64,000 nucleotides of DNA from an uncultured delta proteobacterium (GTDB taxonomy: Bacteria > Desulfobacterota > WTBG01 > CAIYCZ01 > CAIRTM01). Location: positions 1 to 64,000 of the forward strand of contig CAWDSQ010000010.1 in assembly GCA_963804955.1 (NCBI GenBank). The letters run 5' to 3'. Of the stretch, positions 29,478 to 39,751 are shown piece after piece; positions within the stretch are counted from its first letter, which is position 1; each line of letters starts with the position of its first letter. Position numbers and translations under genes: made by a program. Below the pieces are notes generated by a model, which was not told where the DNA came from, ran no database searches, and saw only the letters and a list, made by a program, of their open reading frames with translations.

Positions 29478-30313
29478 CTCTTTGCTATCACCTTTGCAGT
29501 AAAGTTCATTCCCAGCACAAACACCACAAGCACAAGCGCTGCGCCCCAGGCTTTGGCATGCCACTCGGGATAGGGGCTGGTGGCATAGTTGAAAATCATG
29601 AGCGGCAGGCTGTCGACAGGCTTTAGTACGTTTAAACTCATGTACGGATTGCCGAAAGCCGTAAACAGCAGGGGCGCTGTCTCGCCGGTTATGCGCGCTA
29701 TGGCAAGAAGGATGCCGGTGAGAATGCCCGTGAGGCCCGACGGCACGATAATTTTGAGCACCGTGCGGGAATAGGAAACGCCCAGGGCAAGGGATGCCTC
29801 CCTGATAATATCGGGAACAAGCACCAGTGTTTCCTCGGTGGAGCGCACGATTACCGGCAGCATCATGATGGCAAGGGCCACGCTGCCCGACAGGGCTGAA
29901 AAGGTTCCCATGCTGAGCACGACCCAGGCATAGGCCACAATACCGATGACTATGGAGGGTATGCCCTGCAGCACTTCCATGCACAGCCGCACCCCGGAGG
30001 CGATCCTGCCTGTTTTCTGCTCGGCCAGGTAAATGCCTGCCAGCACCCCCAGCGGTATGGCAATGAGGCTTGCAAGCACGATAAGCATCAGTGTGCCGGC
30101 CAGGGCATTGGCTATGCCGCCGCCGGTTTCGCCCATGGGCCGGGGAAGGGCCGTGAGAAATTCCCAGCTGATGACCCCTATGCCGTTTTTTACGATATGA
30201 AAAATGATCAGCAGAAGCGGCACGATCATGGCAAAAGACAGCAGCACCACCAGGGCCAGAAACAGGCGGTCTTTAATGATGCGCAGCCGTATGTTTAAAT
30301 GTGAAGTATGCAT
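29459..30313 (-). CDS. pstA: Phosphate ABC transporter permease PstA (system 1)
   Basis: GIPSIVIG, REASLALG, ARITGETAPLLF. Confidence 0.95.
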   Translation of the reverse strand: MHTSHLNIRLRIIKDRLFLALVVLLSFAMIVPLLLIIFHIVKNGIGVISWEFLTALPRPMGETGGGIANALAGTLMLIVLASLIAIPLGVLAGIYLAEQKTGRIASGVRLCMEVLQGIPSIVIGIVAYAWVVLSMGTFSALSGSVALAIMMLPVIVRSTEETLVLVPDIIREASLALGVSYSRTVLKIIVPSGLTGILTGILLAIARITGETAPLLFTAFGNPYMSLNVLKPVDSLPLMIFNYATSPYPEWHAKAWGAALVLVVFVLGMNFTAKVIAKRWKVQF

Positions 30314-30373
30314 GAGCACTGTATTTCTTTGATTGATTATATAGTCCGGCAAAGCCGTCCCGCAGGGCGGCTG

Positions 30374-31246
30374 CTACATTTTCATTCTGTGCATGATATA
30401 GCGGCCGATCAGGCTGATGACCAGCGTCACCATCATCAGCAGCAGCCCCACCTCGATGAGACAAGATACATAGACCGCGTCGGTGGCTTCGGCGAATTCA
30501 TTGGCGATAATGCTTGCCATGGTGTTAGCGGGGCTGAAAATGCTTGTGGGCAGTATATTGGCATTGCCGATTACCATGGTGACGGCCATGGTCTCGCCGA
30601 TGGCGCGGCCGAGCGACAAAAGAACACCGGCGAAAATGCCCGACCGGGCAGAAGGCAGCACCACCTTTTTTATCATTTCATAGCGCGTGGCCCCAAGCGA
30701 CAAAGCAGCCTCCTTGAGATCCGCCGGCACAAGGTTCACCACATCGCTGCTGATCGAAGCCGAATAGGGGATAATCATCACCGCAAGGATGAGGGCCGCC
30801 GTCAGAATGCCGATGCCATAGGGTATCACCCCTAACTGCATCTCCACCTGGCGCACCAGGGGCACAAGAACAAACAGGCCCCACATGCCGAAAATAACCG
30901 AGGGTATGCCCGCCATCAGCTCAATGGCGCTTTTCAGAAATGAAGAAACAAGGCCTGCGCGGAAGTACTCGCCGAGAAAAATCGCGATGGCCAGGGAAAA
31001 GGGCAGTGATATGGCAAGAGCCAGGAACGAGGTCAGCAGCGTGCCGACCAGAAAAACCAGGGACCCGTATTCTTTGAAGACCGGGTCCCAGGTGGTGCCG
31101 GTAAAAAAGGTAAATCCTGTCGCCTTCATGGCCGGCAGCGAATCGATCACCAGGGTCACGAAGATGCCGGCAAGCAGCAGGAGCATAAGCACGCCCACGG
31201 CTTTGAGAACTGTTTTAAAAATCGAATCAAACGATACTTTGATCAT
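30374..31246 (-). CDS. pstC: Phosphate ABC transporter permease PstC (system 1)
   Basis: WDP...YG, IPSVIFGMWG, GRAIGETMAV, IANEFAEA. Confidence 0.95.
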   Translation of the reverse strand: MIKVSFDSIFKTVLKAVGVLMLLLLAGIFVTLVIDSLPAMKATGFTFFTGTTWDPVFKEYGSLVFLVGTLLTSFLALAISLPFSLAIAIFLGEYFRAGLVSSFLKSAIELMAGIPSVIFGMWGLFVLVPLVRQVEMQLGVIPYGIGILTAALILAVMIIPYSASISSDVVNLVPADLKEAALSLGATRYEMIKKVVLPSARSGIFAGVLLSLGRAIGETMAVTMVIGNANILPTSIFSPANTMASIIANEFAEATDAVYVSCLIEVGLLLMMVTLVISLIGRYIMHRMKM

Positions 31247-31418
31247 ATGCCTGTCTGCAGTTTGCACCTGTTGATCCCGAAGCAAAAGTCCCGCCATCTC
31301 GGGCGGTGAGGGTGCTTCAGCTGTTGTCCGGTCCATTCTTGTTCGCCATGTATGCTTGCTGCTGTTGTGCGGCAGTAATTTTTGCCGTCATGTCAGCCGC
31401 AATTGTTTACGCCAGAAT

Positions 31419-31536
31419 TGATGGTTCCGTAAAAGTCCGAAACTGTCCCTGAACGAAGTGAAGGGTCCGAAATATGTAAACCAGATTCTTCGCTTCAGCG
31501 ACAAAATAGTGCTTTTTGACTTTCACGAGAGCATCA
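31419..31536. mobile_element. MITE-like element in the pstS-pstC spacer
   Basis: Imperfect TIRs TGATGGTTCCGTAAAAGTC ... GACTTTCACGAGAGCATCA. Confidence 0.55.
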
Positions 31537-31623
31537 GAATCTGCTTCATAAAACGCAAGTTCCGAAGCGCGGCCGACAGTTCAAGGGCGTTTTGAGGCGC
31601 CGCGCTCCGGCATGCCTGCCGTG

Positions 31624-32676
31624 CTACTGCACTATCGCAGCTCCGTCATAGGTGGCTGACTTTAAAATCGCCTCAGCCTTTTTAACTGCTTCAGCCGGCA
31701 GCGGCGCATAGTCAAGGCCCTCTGCAAGCTGCTGGCCCTCATGCAGAATCCATCCCAGGAGATTTACAAGATCCGCGGCCTTTTCTTTTGAGCGTCCGGC
31801 ATAGTTCTGTTCTTTGTAAAACACCAGCCAGGTAAAGCCTGAAATCGGGTAGCCGTCTTTGGCTGCAGTGTTGACGATGCTCACGCGCGTGTCATCGGGA
31901 ATGGCCACGCCTGCGGCGGCGGTGACCGATTTCATGGAAGGCTTAATGAAAACGCCCGACTTGTTTTTGACATCGGCATAGGGCATTTTGTTCTGCACCG
32001 CATAAATAAGCTCAACATAGCCGATAGCGCCGGGCACCTGCTTCACAAGGCCTGCCACACCGGGATTGCCTTTGGCGCCAAGGCCGTTCGGCCAGTTGAG
32101 CGACTTGCCCGCGCCCACGCGCTCTTTCCATTCGGCGCTGACCGTGCTCAGATAATCGCTGAAAATAGCCGTGGTGCCGCTGCCGTCTGAGCGATGCACG
32201 GTGGCGATATTCATGTCGGGCAGCAGCATGCCCGGATTGACATGTCAACGATGCGCTTGTCATTCCATTTTTCAATTCTGCCGAGGAATATATCAACGAT
32301 CAGGTTCGAGGTCAGTTTGATTGCCGGATCGCCGGGTACATTATAGGTAATGACCACGGCGCCAAGGCAGGTGGGAATATGCAGAATGGGGGCCCCGGCT
32401 TCCGCCATTTCCTTGTCTTTCATGCAATCGTCAGTGCCGCCGAAATCAACGGTCTTGGCCTTCAGCTGCTGAATGCCGCCGCCCGAGCCGATGGCCTGAT
32501 AATTGACCTTAACGCCTTTTTCCTGGTTGTAGGTGTCAAACAGCTTGGAGTAGATACGGGAACGGGAAGGTCGCGCCTGCTCCCAAAAGCTCTTTGGCCT
32601 CGGCCCGCGCACCAGGCAGCAAAGCTGCGGCCAGGGCGAACAAAAGCGTGATCACGGTGAGCGCTGCTTTTTTCAT
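31624..32676 (-). CDS. pstS: Phosphate-binding protein PstS (system 1, frameshifted)
   Basis: VNYQAIGSGGG, HRSDGSGTT, GAIGYVE and YPISGFTW across ORF pieces. Confidence 0.95.
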
Positions 32677-32699
32677 GAGAGTCTCCTTCTCTGGTATTG

Positions 32700-33998
32700 T
32701 TAAAATTTAAAATTCAGATCAAGCTGCACCTTTTCCTCGTCGAGGCTCGGGCCGCTGATCTTTTTGGTGTTGAAGTAGCTCGCGCAAAAATCAATATGTT
32801 CGAACAGGCCGTAGGTGAGCGATGATTTATAGCCCTTCACATTTGTCTGGCCGTCATAGGTGTCGGCATCGGGCAGAATATCCGGCCAGGCATCGCGCTC
32901 GAGTTTTTCATACCGGGTCATGAACTGCCAGTCATGCCGTTTTTTGATCTTTTCCGAGCCGAATTTGACGCCCACGAGATACCCTGTGTCGTCGCTGCCT
33001 GTCGAGTTGTTCTTGACCGCGTCGCCGAACAGGGCGATAAACGGCATGCGGGCAAAAGCGGTTTTGTAGCCGAGTTCGCCGCTCAGGGCCAGGGCGTCAT
33101 AGTCATATTTTAGCGTATTTTTGAACTTGCGGGTCGTATTTGTTTTGCTGGAATAGTCCACATCAGACTGCTTTTGACCCTTGTAATTGTCGAACCGGTA
33201 CATGGCCACGGCGTTTTTGAAGTACATATTGCGGAACTTTATCTTGGATCCGGGCTGTATGACATACATGGACGGATCGTTTTCATCGCCGCTGCGCTCG
33301 TCGATCATGAAAAAGCCCGTATTCATGAACAGGTCGACATCCGGATTGAGCGCGTGCGTGAACTGGGCCGCAGCGCCTTCGGGCCGGATATCGGTATCAA
33401 AGAGCAGGTCCGAAGGGCAGAACAGCGGGTTTTCGAACTTGCCGCCGATGAGTGAGAGCCAGCTCCAGGGCTTGTAGCGGGCATAGGCATAATCAAGGCG
33501 GATGTCGCCGCGCTCGAAGGAATTGTCCATGGTCTCATTGGTCGAGCGAGGGTCTGAAGAGCCGCTGGCAAGGCCGAAGCCAACCTCGATCTGGTCATTG
33601 ATCTGGGTTACGACACCCAGGCGCAGGCGGTAGCGGCCGCGGTTGCGGTCGGCGGTATCGTCGCGCTCGGTTGATTCATAGCGAAGCCGCAGGTCTCCCT
33701 TGAGCTGCATCTTGCGCACCCAGGCGGGCAGGGCATCGGCAAACATTTTCGGGTCTTTTTTTATTTCATTGCGCACGGCTTCTTTGGCGCCTTTGATTAT
33801 TTCGGCGCGCTCCTGGTCTTTTTCCTGCCAGGCAGCCTCCTTGACTTCCTTCAGCACATCTTCAGCGTCGCTTTTTGATAGAATTCCTTTTTTCACCAGT
33901 TTTTCCACCAGAATATCAACCTCGCCGGCCTGCGCCGGAGAGGCGAACAAGCCTGCGGCCAGGGCGCAACAGGCAATCATCAGCAGTAACCGTTTCAT
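32700..33998 (-). CDS. Putative outer-membrane porin
   Basis: Signal peptide, GDLRLRYE, R.RYRLRLG, DPRSTN, terminal QLDLNFKF. Confidence 0.8.
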   Translation of the reverse strand: MKRLLLMIACCALAAGLFASPAQAGEVDILVEKLVKKGILSKSDAEDVLKEVKEAAWQEKDQERAEIIKGAKEAVRNEIKKDPKMFADALPAWVRKMQLKGDLRLRYESTERDDTADRNRGRYRLRLGVVTQINDQIEVGFGLASGSSDPRSTNETMDNSFERGDIRLDYAYARYKPWSWLSLIGGKFENPLFCPSDLLFDTDIRPEGAAAQFTHALNPDVDLFMNTGFFMIDERSGDENDPSMYVIQPGSKIKFRNMYFKNAVAMYRFDNYKGQKQSDVDYSSKTNTTRKFKNTLKYDYDALALSGELGYKTAFARMPFIALFGDAVKNNSTGSDDTGYLVGVKFGSEKIKKRHDWQFMTRYEKLERDAWPDILPDADTYDGQTNVKGYKSSLTYGLFEHIDFCASYFNTKKISGPSLDEEKVQLDLNFKF

Positions 33999-34023
33999 AG
34001 AGCCTCCTTTCCTGTGCGGCATA

Positions 34024-34507
34024 TTACTTGGCCACTGCCCAGCTGAAGGTTATGGAAAACTGCGCCGGCAGCAGGACATCGCCGTCGATGTTTTTGATAT
34101 ATGCTCCCACCAGCACCAATCCGTAGGCAGCGCTCATTTTCACGGTTTTTGTGATTGAAAGGGGGGCTGCTGTTTTCATATTGATAAACACGGGCTTGCC
34201 GCCCAGGGGGTAGGCAAGGCCTATCAGGCTGAACTCGAACACCGCGCCGAAATCTTTGGTTACCGTTGGCTTGAGCGTTATGGTCAGATCTCCCAGTTTG
34301 GTTTCATTGTCGCCCGTGCCGATGACCAGATAAGGTCTCGATGGGTTTGAGTCTGCGGCTGTCGAACTCGTCGTACAGCATGAACTCGCGAATCGTGCCT
34401 TCACCGGGCGACAGTGTCAGCAGGCTTGCAGCCTGCGCTGTACCGGCAAGGCCCATTGCCAGAACAAGGGTTAATAAAACAGTTTTTACCATTCCCCTTT
34501 TTTCCAT
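34024..34507 (-). CDS. Secreted hypothetical protein (frameshift ~34370), first gene of the porin-pst operon
   Basis: AAGGAG RBS and signal peptide; two overlapping ORF pieces. Confidence 0.55.
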
Positions 34508-34572
34508 TTCCTTCTCCTTTTTAAGATTGAATATTAAATGCGCACTGCTCAGATGCGCACTGCTATGTGATC

Positions 34573-34626
34573 ATTTTATCCGCCGAGTGTTAATATCGGT
34601 TAATTTTTCTGTTAAGATTCGGTTAA
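34573..34626 (-). promoter_or_regulatory. Pho-box-like array plus -10 (TAAAAT) for the porin-pstSCAB-phoU operon
   Basis: TTAA at 34623, 34612, 34600, 34590 (33-bp span); -10 at +15. Confidence 0.85.
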
Positions 34627-34652
34627 TTTTTAAAAGACAAAAAACATAAAGC

Positions 34653-34682
34653 TTGACTTAACGGGCCAAAAAAATGCAGAAT
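34653..34682 (+). promoter_or_regulatory. Sigma70-like promoter for pst system 2
   Basis: TTGACT-N18 (ending TG)-CAGAAT upstream of phoU2. Confidence 0.45.
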
Positions 34683-34786
34683 AACTGACAGTTTAGGCGG
34701 TTGCCGCACATGGCTATCACGGCTCACAGAGTGTCATGTTGATTCAATTTAATCCAGTAACATTCTAACCCAGGGAGAACCGGCGT

Positions 34787-35474
34787 ATGGACGGTCATAT
34801 TTACAAATCATTCGACAAAGAACTGCATGATTTAAAGGAGCGGCTGCTGCTGGTGGGCGGTCGCGTGGAGCGCGCCATACGCGATGCGATTCAAGGCCTT
34901 GGAGGAGCGCAATTCCGATATTGCCCAGAAGATCATCGCCGACGATGATTTTATCGACAGCGAAGAGATCGAAATCGACGAGTTCTGTCTGCGCCTGCTG
35001 GCGCTGCGGCAGCCCGCCGCGCGCGACCTGCGGTTCATCACCACGGCCATAAAAATCAACTACGACCTTGAACGCATCGGCGATATGGCCGTTAATATCT
35101 CCGAGCGGGTGCTTGAATTAAATAAAGAGCCCCAGCTCAAGCCCTATATTACGCTGCCGCAGATGGCGCTGAGCGTGCAGCAGATGCTGCGCGACAGCCT
35201 CAACGCTTTTGTCAACGAAGACCCCGCAGCGGCCCTCGCCGTTGTGGATGAGGATGAAAAGGTCGATCATGCCCTCAAGCAGATTTACCACGAGCTGGTG
35301 AACTATATGGCCAAAGACTACGGCTCCGTGCCCCGGGCCACACGGCTGCTGTTCATTTCAAAATATCTCGAGCGCATCGCCGACCATGCCGTCAACATCG
35401 CCGAACTGGTCGTGTTCATGGTTGAAGGCAAAATTCTGCGGCACCGCAAGCATCACGAGGGAGAAATCGACTGA
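34787..35474 (+). CDS. phoU: PhoU (copy 2; frameshift ~34885)
   Basis: MDGHIYKSFDKEL start, QPAARDLR, LERIGD and LERIADHAVNIAE. Confidence 0.9.
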
Positions 35475-36294
35475 TGCCGAGGCTTGCACCATGTTTTGCT
35501 GGCAGCGCTGTGCCTGTGGGCGGCGGGCTGCGGCGGGGAATCGTCATCCCGGGCAATTTATGAGAAGCATGTCGTCAATATAGCCGGGTCGACCTCGGTC
35601 ATGCCGTTTACGGAAAAGCTCGCCGAGCATTTTATGGTCGAGCAGCCGACTTTTATCGTCAATGTGCAGTCCGGCGGCTCAACAGCAGGCATTCAGGCCT
35701 GCATGAACAAAACCGTTGGCATCGGCATGAGCTCCCGCGAGCTGAAGCCTGATGAGAAAGCGCTCAATGAAATTACGATCTGCCTTGACGGCATCGCCAT
35801 GGTCGTGCATCCGGACAATCCCGTTACCAGCATGAAGCTTGCGCAGGTGCGCGATATTTTCAGCGGAAAAATAAAAAACTGGAAGGAGCTCGGCTGGCTC
35901 GACCGCCGCATCGATGCTGTGACGCGCGAGGAGGGCTCGGGCACGCGCGGGGCTTTTGAAGAACTGGTGATGCACAAGGATCGAAATCGATGACGGCATC
36001 ATGGTGCAGGACTCAAACGGCTCGGTGAAGGAAGTGGTGGCTACCGACCCCTATGCCATCGGCTATGTGTCGCTGGGCATGGTCGATACGCGCGTGTCGG
36101 CGGTCACCATCGATGACGTAAAACCCACGGTCGAAGCCATTAAAAAAAAGAAGTATAAAATCGTCCGGCCGTTTCTCTATCTCACCATGGGCACGCCGAC
36201 CGGCGACGCACTGACATTTATCAACTATGTGCTGTCAAAAGACGGCCAGGTGCTTTTGAGAAAAGAAGGGCTGATACCGGTTTATGAGTTCTAA
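35474..36294 (+). CDS. pstS: Lipoprotein phosphate-binding protein PstS (system 2, frameshifted)
   Basis: Lipobox AAGC, AGSTSV, GGSTAG, SSREL, REEGSGTRG, AIGYVS, RPF. Confidence 0.9.
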
Positions 36295-37150
36295 TAAAGC
36301 AGTGCTCAAAGAGCGCATCATCAAGCAGATACTCACGGCGTGCGCCTTCTCGTCGCTGCTGTTCCTGTTTCTTATTTTTGCCTTCATCCTGGTCGAAGGC
36401 CTGCCGCTGTTTTACAAGGTGGGCGTCAAAAACATTGTTTTCGGCATGAAGTGGGCGCCCACCAAGGGCTTTTTCGGCATATTCCCCATGATTGTTTCAT
36501 CATTTCTGGTCACCTTCGGAGCGCTGGTCATCGGCGGGCCGCTGGGCCTGGGGTGCGCGGTCTATCTTGCCGAATACGCCGGCAGGCAGCAGAAAATGTT
36601 CCTGAAGCCCGCACTGGAACTGCTGGCCGGCATTCCCTCGGTCGTGTACGGCTTTCTCGGGGTTCTCTACATCGTGCCCTTTATCCGGCAGTTTGTCGGC
36701 GGCTCGGGCTTTTCGCTGCTTGCCACCTCCATCGTGCTCGGGATCATGATACTCCCGACGGTCATCAGCATATCCTATGACGCGCTTATGAGCGTGCCCC
36801 GCAGCTACCGGGAAGGCGCCCTTGCCATGGGCTCAACCAAATGGCAGTCGACCTGGCGCGTGGTCATCCCGGCGGCAAAGTCGGGCATTCTTGCAAGCTG
36901 CATTCTCGGCATGGGGCGGGCGGTCGGAGAAACCATGGCCGTCATCATGGTCGCCGGCAATGCCCTGAAAATTCCCGGGGGGCTTCTGGACCCCCTGCGC
37001 ACGCTTACCAGCAATATCGCCCTTGAGCTTTCCTATGCCCGCGGCGACCACCGCCTCGGGCTTTTTTCAACCGGCGTGGTGCTGCTTTTGATCATCATGG
37101 TGCTCAACTATTTTGCCAATTTCGTCATCAGGAGGACGGTGATTAAATGA
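36284..37150 (+). CDS. pstC: PstC (system 2)
   Basis: IPSVVYG, GRAVGETMAV. Confidence 0.95.
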   Translation: MSSNKAVLKERIIKQILTACAFSSLLFLFLIFAFILVEGLPLFYKVGVKNIVFGMKWAPTKGFFGIFPMIVSSFLVTFGALVIGGPLGLGCAVYLAEYAGRQQKMFLKPALELLAGIPSVVYGFLGVLYIVPFIRQFVGGSGFSLLATSIVLGIMILPTVISISYDALMSVPRSYREGALAMGSTKWQSTWRVVIPAAKSGILASCILGMGRAVGETMAVIMVAGNALKIPGGLLDPLRTLTSNIALELSYARGDHRLGLFSTGVVLLLIIMVLNYFANFVIRRTVIK

Positions 37151-37983
37151 GGGTCAATCCGCGCCTTACCGACACACTGGTCAGACATTTACTCAACATG
37201 CAGGCATACTTCACGGTCGGCATCCTGGTGATCATTGTGTTCATCATTTTCATCAAGGGTATCTCCAACTGCAGCCTGAGCTTCATGCTGACCTACCCCG
37301 AGGACATGGGCCGCCACGGCGGGGTTTTCCCCGCCATCGTCGGCACGATTTTTCTGGTGGCGCTGTCCATTTTATTTGCAACGCCCCTGGGGCTCGGCAC
37401 GGCCATCTTTCTTACGGAATACACGAAGGAGTCGCGCCTCACGACCATCATCCGCTTCGGCGTGGAATCGCTGGCCGGCATCCCCTCAATCATTTACGGC
37501 CTGTTCGGCTTTATTTTTTTCGTCATCAAGCTCGAGATGGGCTGGTCGCTGCTTGCGGGCGCGCTGACCATGACCATTATGATTCTGCCCACCATCATAC
37601 GCACCAGCGAAGAGGCCATTAAAGCGGTGCCGAAAAATCTGCGCATCGTCAGCCATTCGCTCGGGGCCACCAAGTGGGAAACAACCGTGAAGGTGGTGCT
37701 GCCGTCGGCGGCGCCCGGCATTCTCACGGGCATCATGCTCAGCATCGGCAGGGCGGTCGGCGAGACCGCAGCGGTCATTTTCACCATGGGCAGCTCGCTG
37801 CGCCTGCCCACATCCCTTATGGAATCGGGCCGCACCATGGCGGTTCACTTCTATATTCTGGCGCGCGAGGGCATATCCATGGAAAAGGCCTATGCAACGG
37901 CCCTGGTGCTGGTGGTGAGCATTCTGGCAATCAATATTTTCGCCTATTATATGATGAACAAAGTTACGGCGAAGTATTCGTAA
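37147..37983 (+). CDS. pstA: PstA (system 2)
   Basis: IPSIIYGLFG, GRAVGETAA. Confidence 0.95.
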   Translation: MRVNPRLTDTLVRHLLNMQAYFTVGILVIIVFIIFIKGISNCSLSFMLTYPEDMGRHGGVFPAIVGTIFLVALSILFATPLGLGTAIFLTEYTKESRLTTIIRFGVESLAGIPSIIYGLFGFIFFVIKLEMGWSLLAGALTMTIMILPTIIRTSEEAIKAVPKNLRIVSHSLGATKWETTVKVVLPSAAPGILTGIMLSIGRAVGETAAVIFTMGSSLRLPTSLMESGRTMAVHFYILAREGISMEKAYATALVLVVSILAINIFAYYMMNKVTAKYS

Positions 37984-37985
37984 AA

Positions 37986-38117
37986 GGCAGGAGTCAGAAT
38001 TCAGAAGCCAGAAGCCAGAATGAAAGGCGTATAGAGGCTTCCAGGCAATCAGAATATAAAATATTTTTTGCTGTTTTGTTATTCATGCTGAATTCTGACT
38101 TCTGAATTCCGGCTTCT
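37986..38117. repeat. Heptamer-repeat palindromic element
   Basis: CAGGAGT CAGAATT CAGAAGC CAGAAGC CAGAAT ... mirrored by TTCTGAC TTCTGAA TTCCGGC TTCT. Confidence 0.65.
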
Positions 38118-38137
38118 TTGCTCAAGGACTTTCATGT

Positions 38138-38893
38138 ATGGAAGCTAAAATACGCGCGCACAATCTCACGGTCCGGTTCGGCGCTGCCGAGGTGCTCAAG
38201 GGCATTGACCTCGAGGTCTATAAAAACAGGATCACGGGCTTCATGGGGCCGGCGGGCAGCGGCAAGTCGACGCTGATATCGCTCGTGAACCGGATGATCG
38301 ATTTCGAAGACGGGGTACATATTCAGGGCAGCCTGTCCATCGACGGCGAGGATATCCTGGCAAAATCGGTTGATGTGGTCGGGCTGCGGCGCCGCGTGGG
38401 CACTGTGTTTGCCGTGCCGCTGCCCCTGCCGCGCTCGATTTTTGAAAATATAGCCTATGGCCCCCGCCTGAAGGGCATAACCAGAAGGACCGACCTTGAG
38501 GATATCGTTGAGGAAAGCCTCAAAAAAGCCGTGCTGTGGGAGGAGGTGCGCGACCGCCTGCAGGTCTCGGCGCTGAAACTTTCGGGCGGCCAGCAGCAGC
38601 GGCTCTGCCTTGCGCGCACGCTGGCGCTGCGGCCCGAGATCATTCTGCTGGATGAGCCCTGCTCGGGCCTTGATCCCATCTCGACGGCCAAAATCGAAGA
38701 GGCCTTAAACGAGCTGAAAAAAGACTATACCATCATTCTGGTATCCAACAACACCAAGCAGATCGCCCGCGCCACGGATTTTTCCGCCTTTTTTTATATG
38801 GGCACGCTGGTTGAGTTCGGCGCCACGGAGAAAATTTTCACCAATCCATCCGTCAAGCAGACGGAAGATTATATTCAGGGGAAATTCGGATAA
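38138..38893 (+). CDS. pstB: PstB-type ATPase with degenerate Q-loop and H-switch
   Basis: GPAGSGKS, FAVP (no Q), LSGGQQQRL, DEP, VSNN (no H). Confidence 0.9.
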   Translation: MEAKIRAHNLTVRFGAAEVLKGIDLEVYKNRITGFMGPAGSGKSTLISLVNRMIDFEDGVHIQGSLSIDGEDILAKSVDVVGLRRRVGTVFAVPLPLPRSIFENIAYGPRLKGITRRTDLEDIVEESLKKAVLWEEVRDRLQVSALKLSGGQQQRLCLARTLALRPEIILLDEPCSGLDPISTAKIEEALNELKKDYTIILVSNNTKQIARATDFSAFFYMGTLVEFGATEKIFTNPSVKQTEDYIQGKFG

Positions 38894-39642
38894 TGCTCGA
38901 CTGCGCCCTCAAAACCGAAAAGCTGAATCTCTACTACGGCACCTTTCACGGGCTTAAAGATGTCGATTTTTGCGTGTACCGCAATGCCATCACCGCGCTC
39001 ATCGGGCCCTCGGGCTGCGGCAAATCAACGCTGCTGCGCTGCTTTAACCGCATGAACGACCTGATCGACGACGTGACGGTGCAGGGAACGATACTGGTCA
39101 ACGACGAGCCCCTGGACGGCATCGACATCATCGAGCTGCGCAAAAAAATCGGCATGGTCTTTCAGCGGCCAAATCCCTTTCCCTTCACCGTGCGGGAAAA
39201 TCTTGTCTACGGTCTTAAGGTGCACGGGTACAATAAAAGGCAGTATGATGAAATCCTTGAGCGCTGCCTCAAGGCGGTGGGCCTGTGGGACGATATCAAG
39301 GACAAGCTGAACACCCCGGCCATGAACCTTTCCGAGGAAATGAAGCAGCGGCTGTGCGTGGCGCGGGTGCTGACGGTCGAGCCCGAGATCATATTGCTCG
39401 ATGAGCCCTGTTCGGCGCTGGACCCCATCGCCACCTTGAAGATCGAGGAGCTGATGATAGAGCTCAAGCGCAACTACACGATCCTTATCGTCACGCACAA
39501 CATGCAGCAGGCGGCCCGCGTTTCCGACTATACGGGATTCATGCTGCTGGGCGATCTCATCGAGTTCGGCGATACTTCCAAAATATTTACCGCACCCTCC
39601 GATGATCGTACCGACGGCTATATTACCGGCCGTTTCGGATAA
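38893..39642 (+). CDS. pstB: PstB-type ATPase with degenerate signature motif
   Basis: GPSGCGKS, FQRP, LSEEMKQRL, DEP, VTHN. Confidence 0.9.
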   Translation: MLDCALKTEKLNLYYGTFHGLKDVDFCVYRNAITALIGPSGCGKSTLLRCFNRMNDLIDDVTVQGTILVNDEPLDGIDIIELRKKIGMVFQRPNPFPFTVRENLVYGLKVHGYNKRQYDEILERCLKAVGLWDDIKDKLNTPAMNLSEEMKQRLCVARVLTVEPEIILLDEPCSALDPIATLKIEELMIELKRNYTILIVTHNMQQAARVSDYTGFMLLGDLIEFGDTSKIFTAPSDDRTDGYITGRFG

Positions 39643-39751
39643 GCTTTCAGTCAAACAGACGCTGCCCGTTTTCCTGTCTGTACAGTCGATCACAAACCTC
39701 GAAGCCCGGACAAAAAACGCAGCCTCCCGGTTAAAATTTGTGTGGCAAAGC

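Noticed and set aside
28719..29984. 421-aa PstB with a long N-terminal extension
   Set aside because: The extension overlaps pstA out of frame; the real start is 29477.
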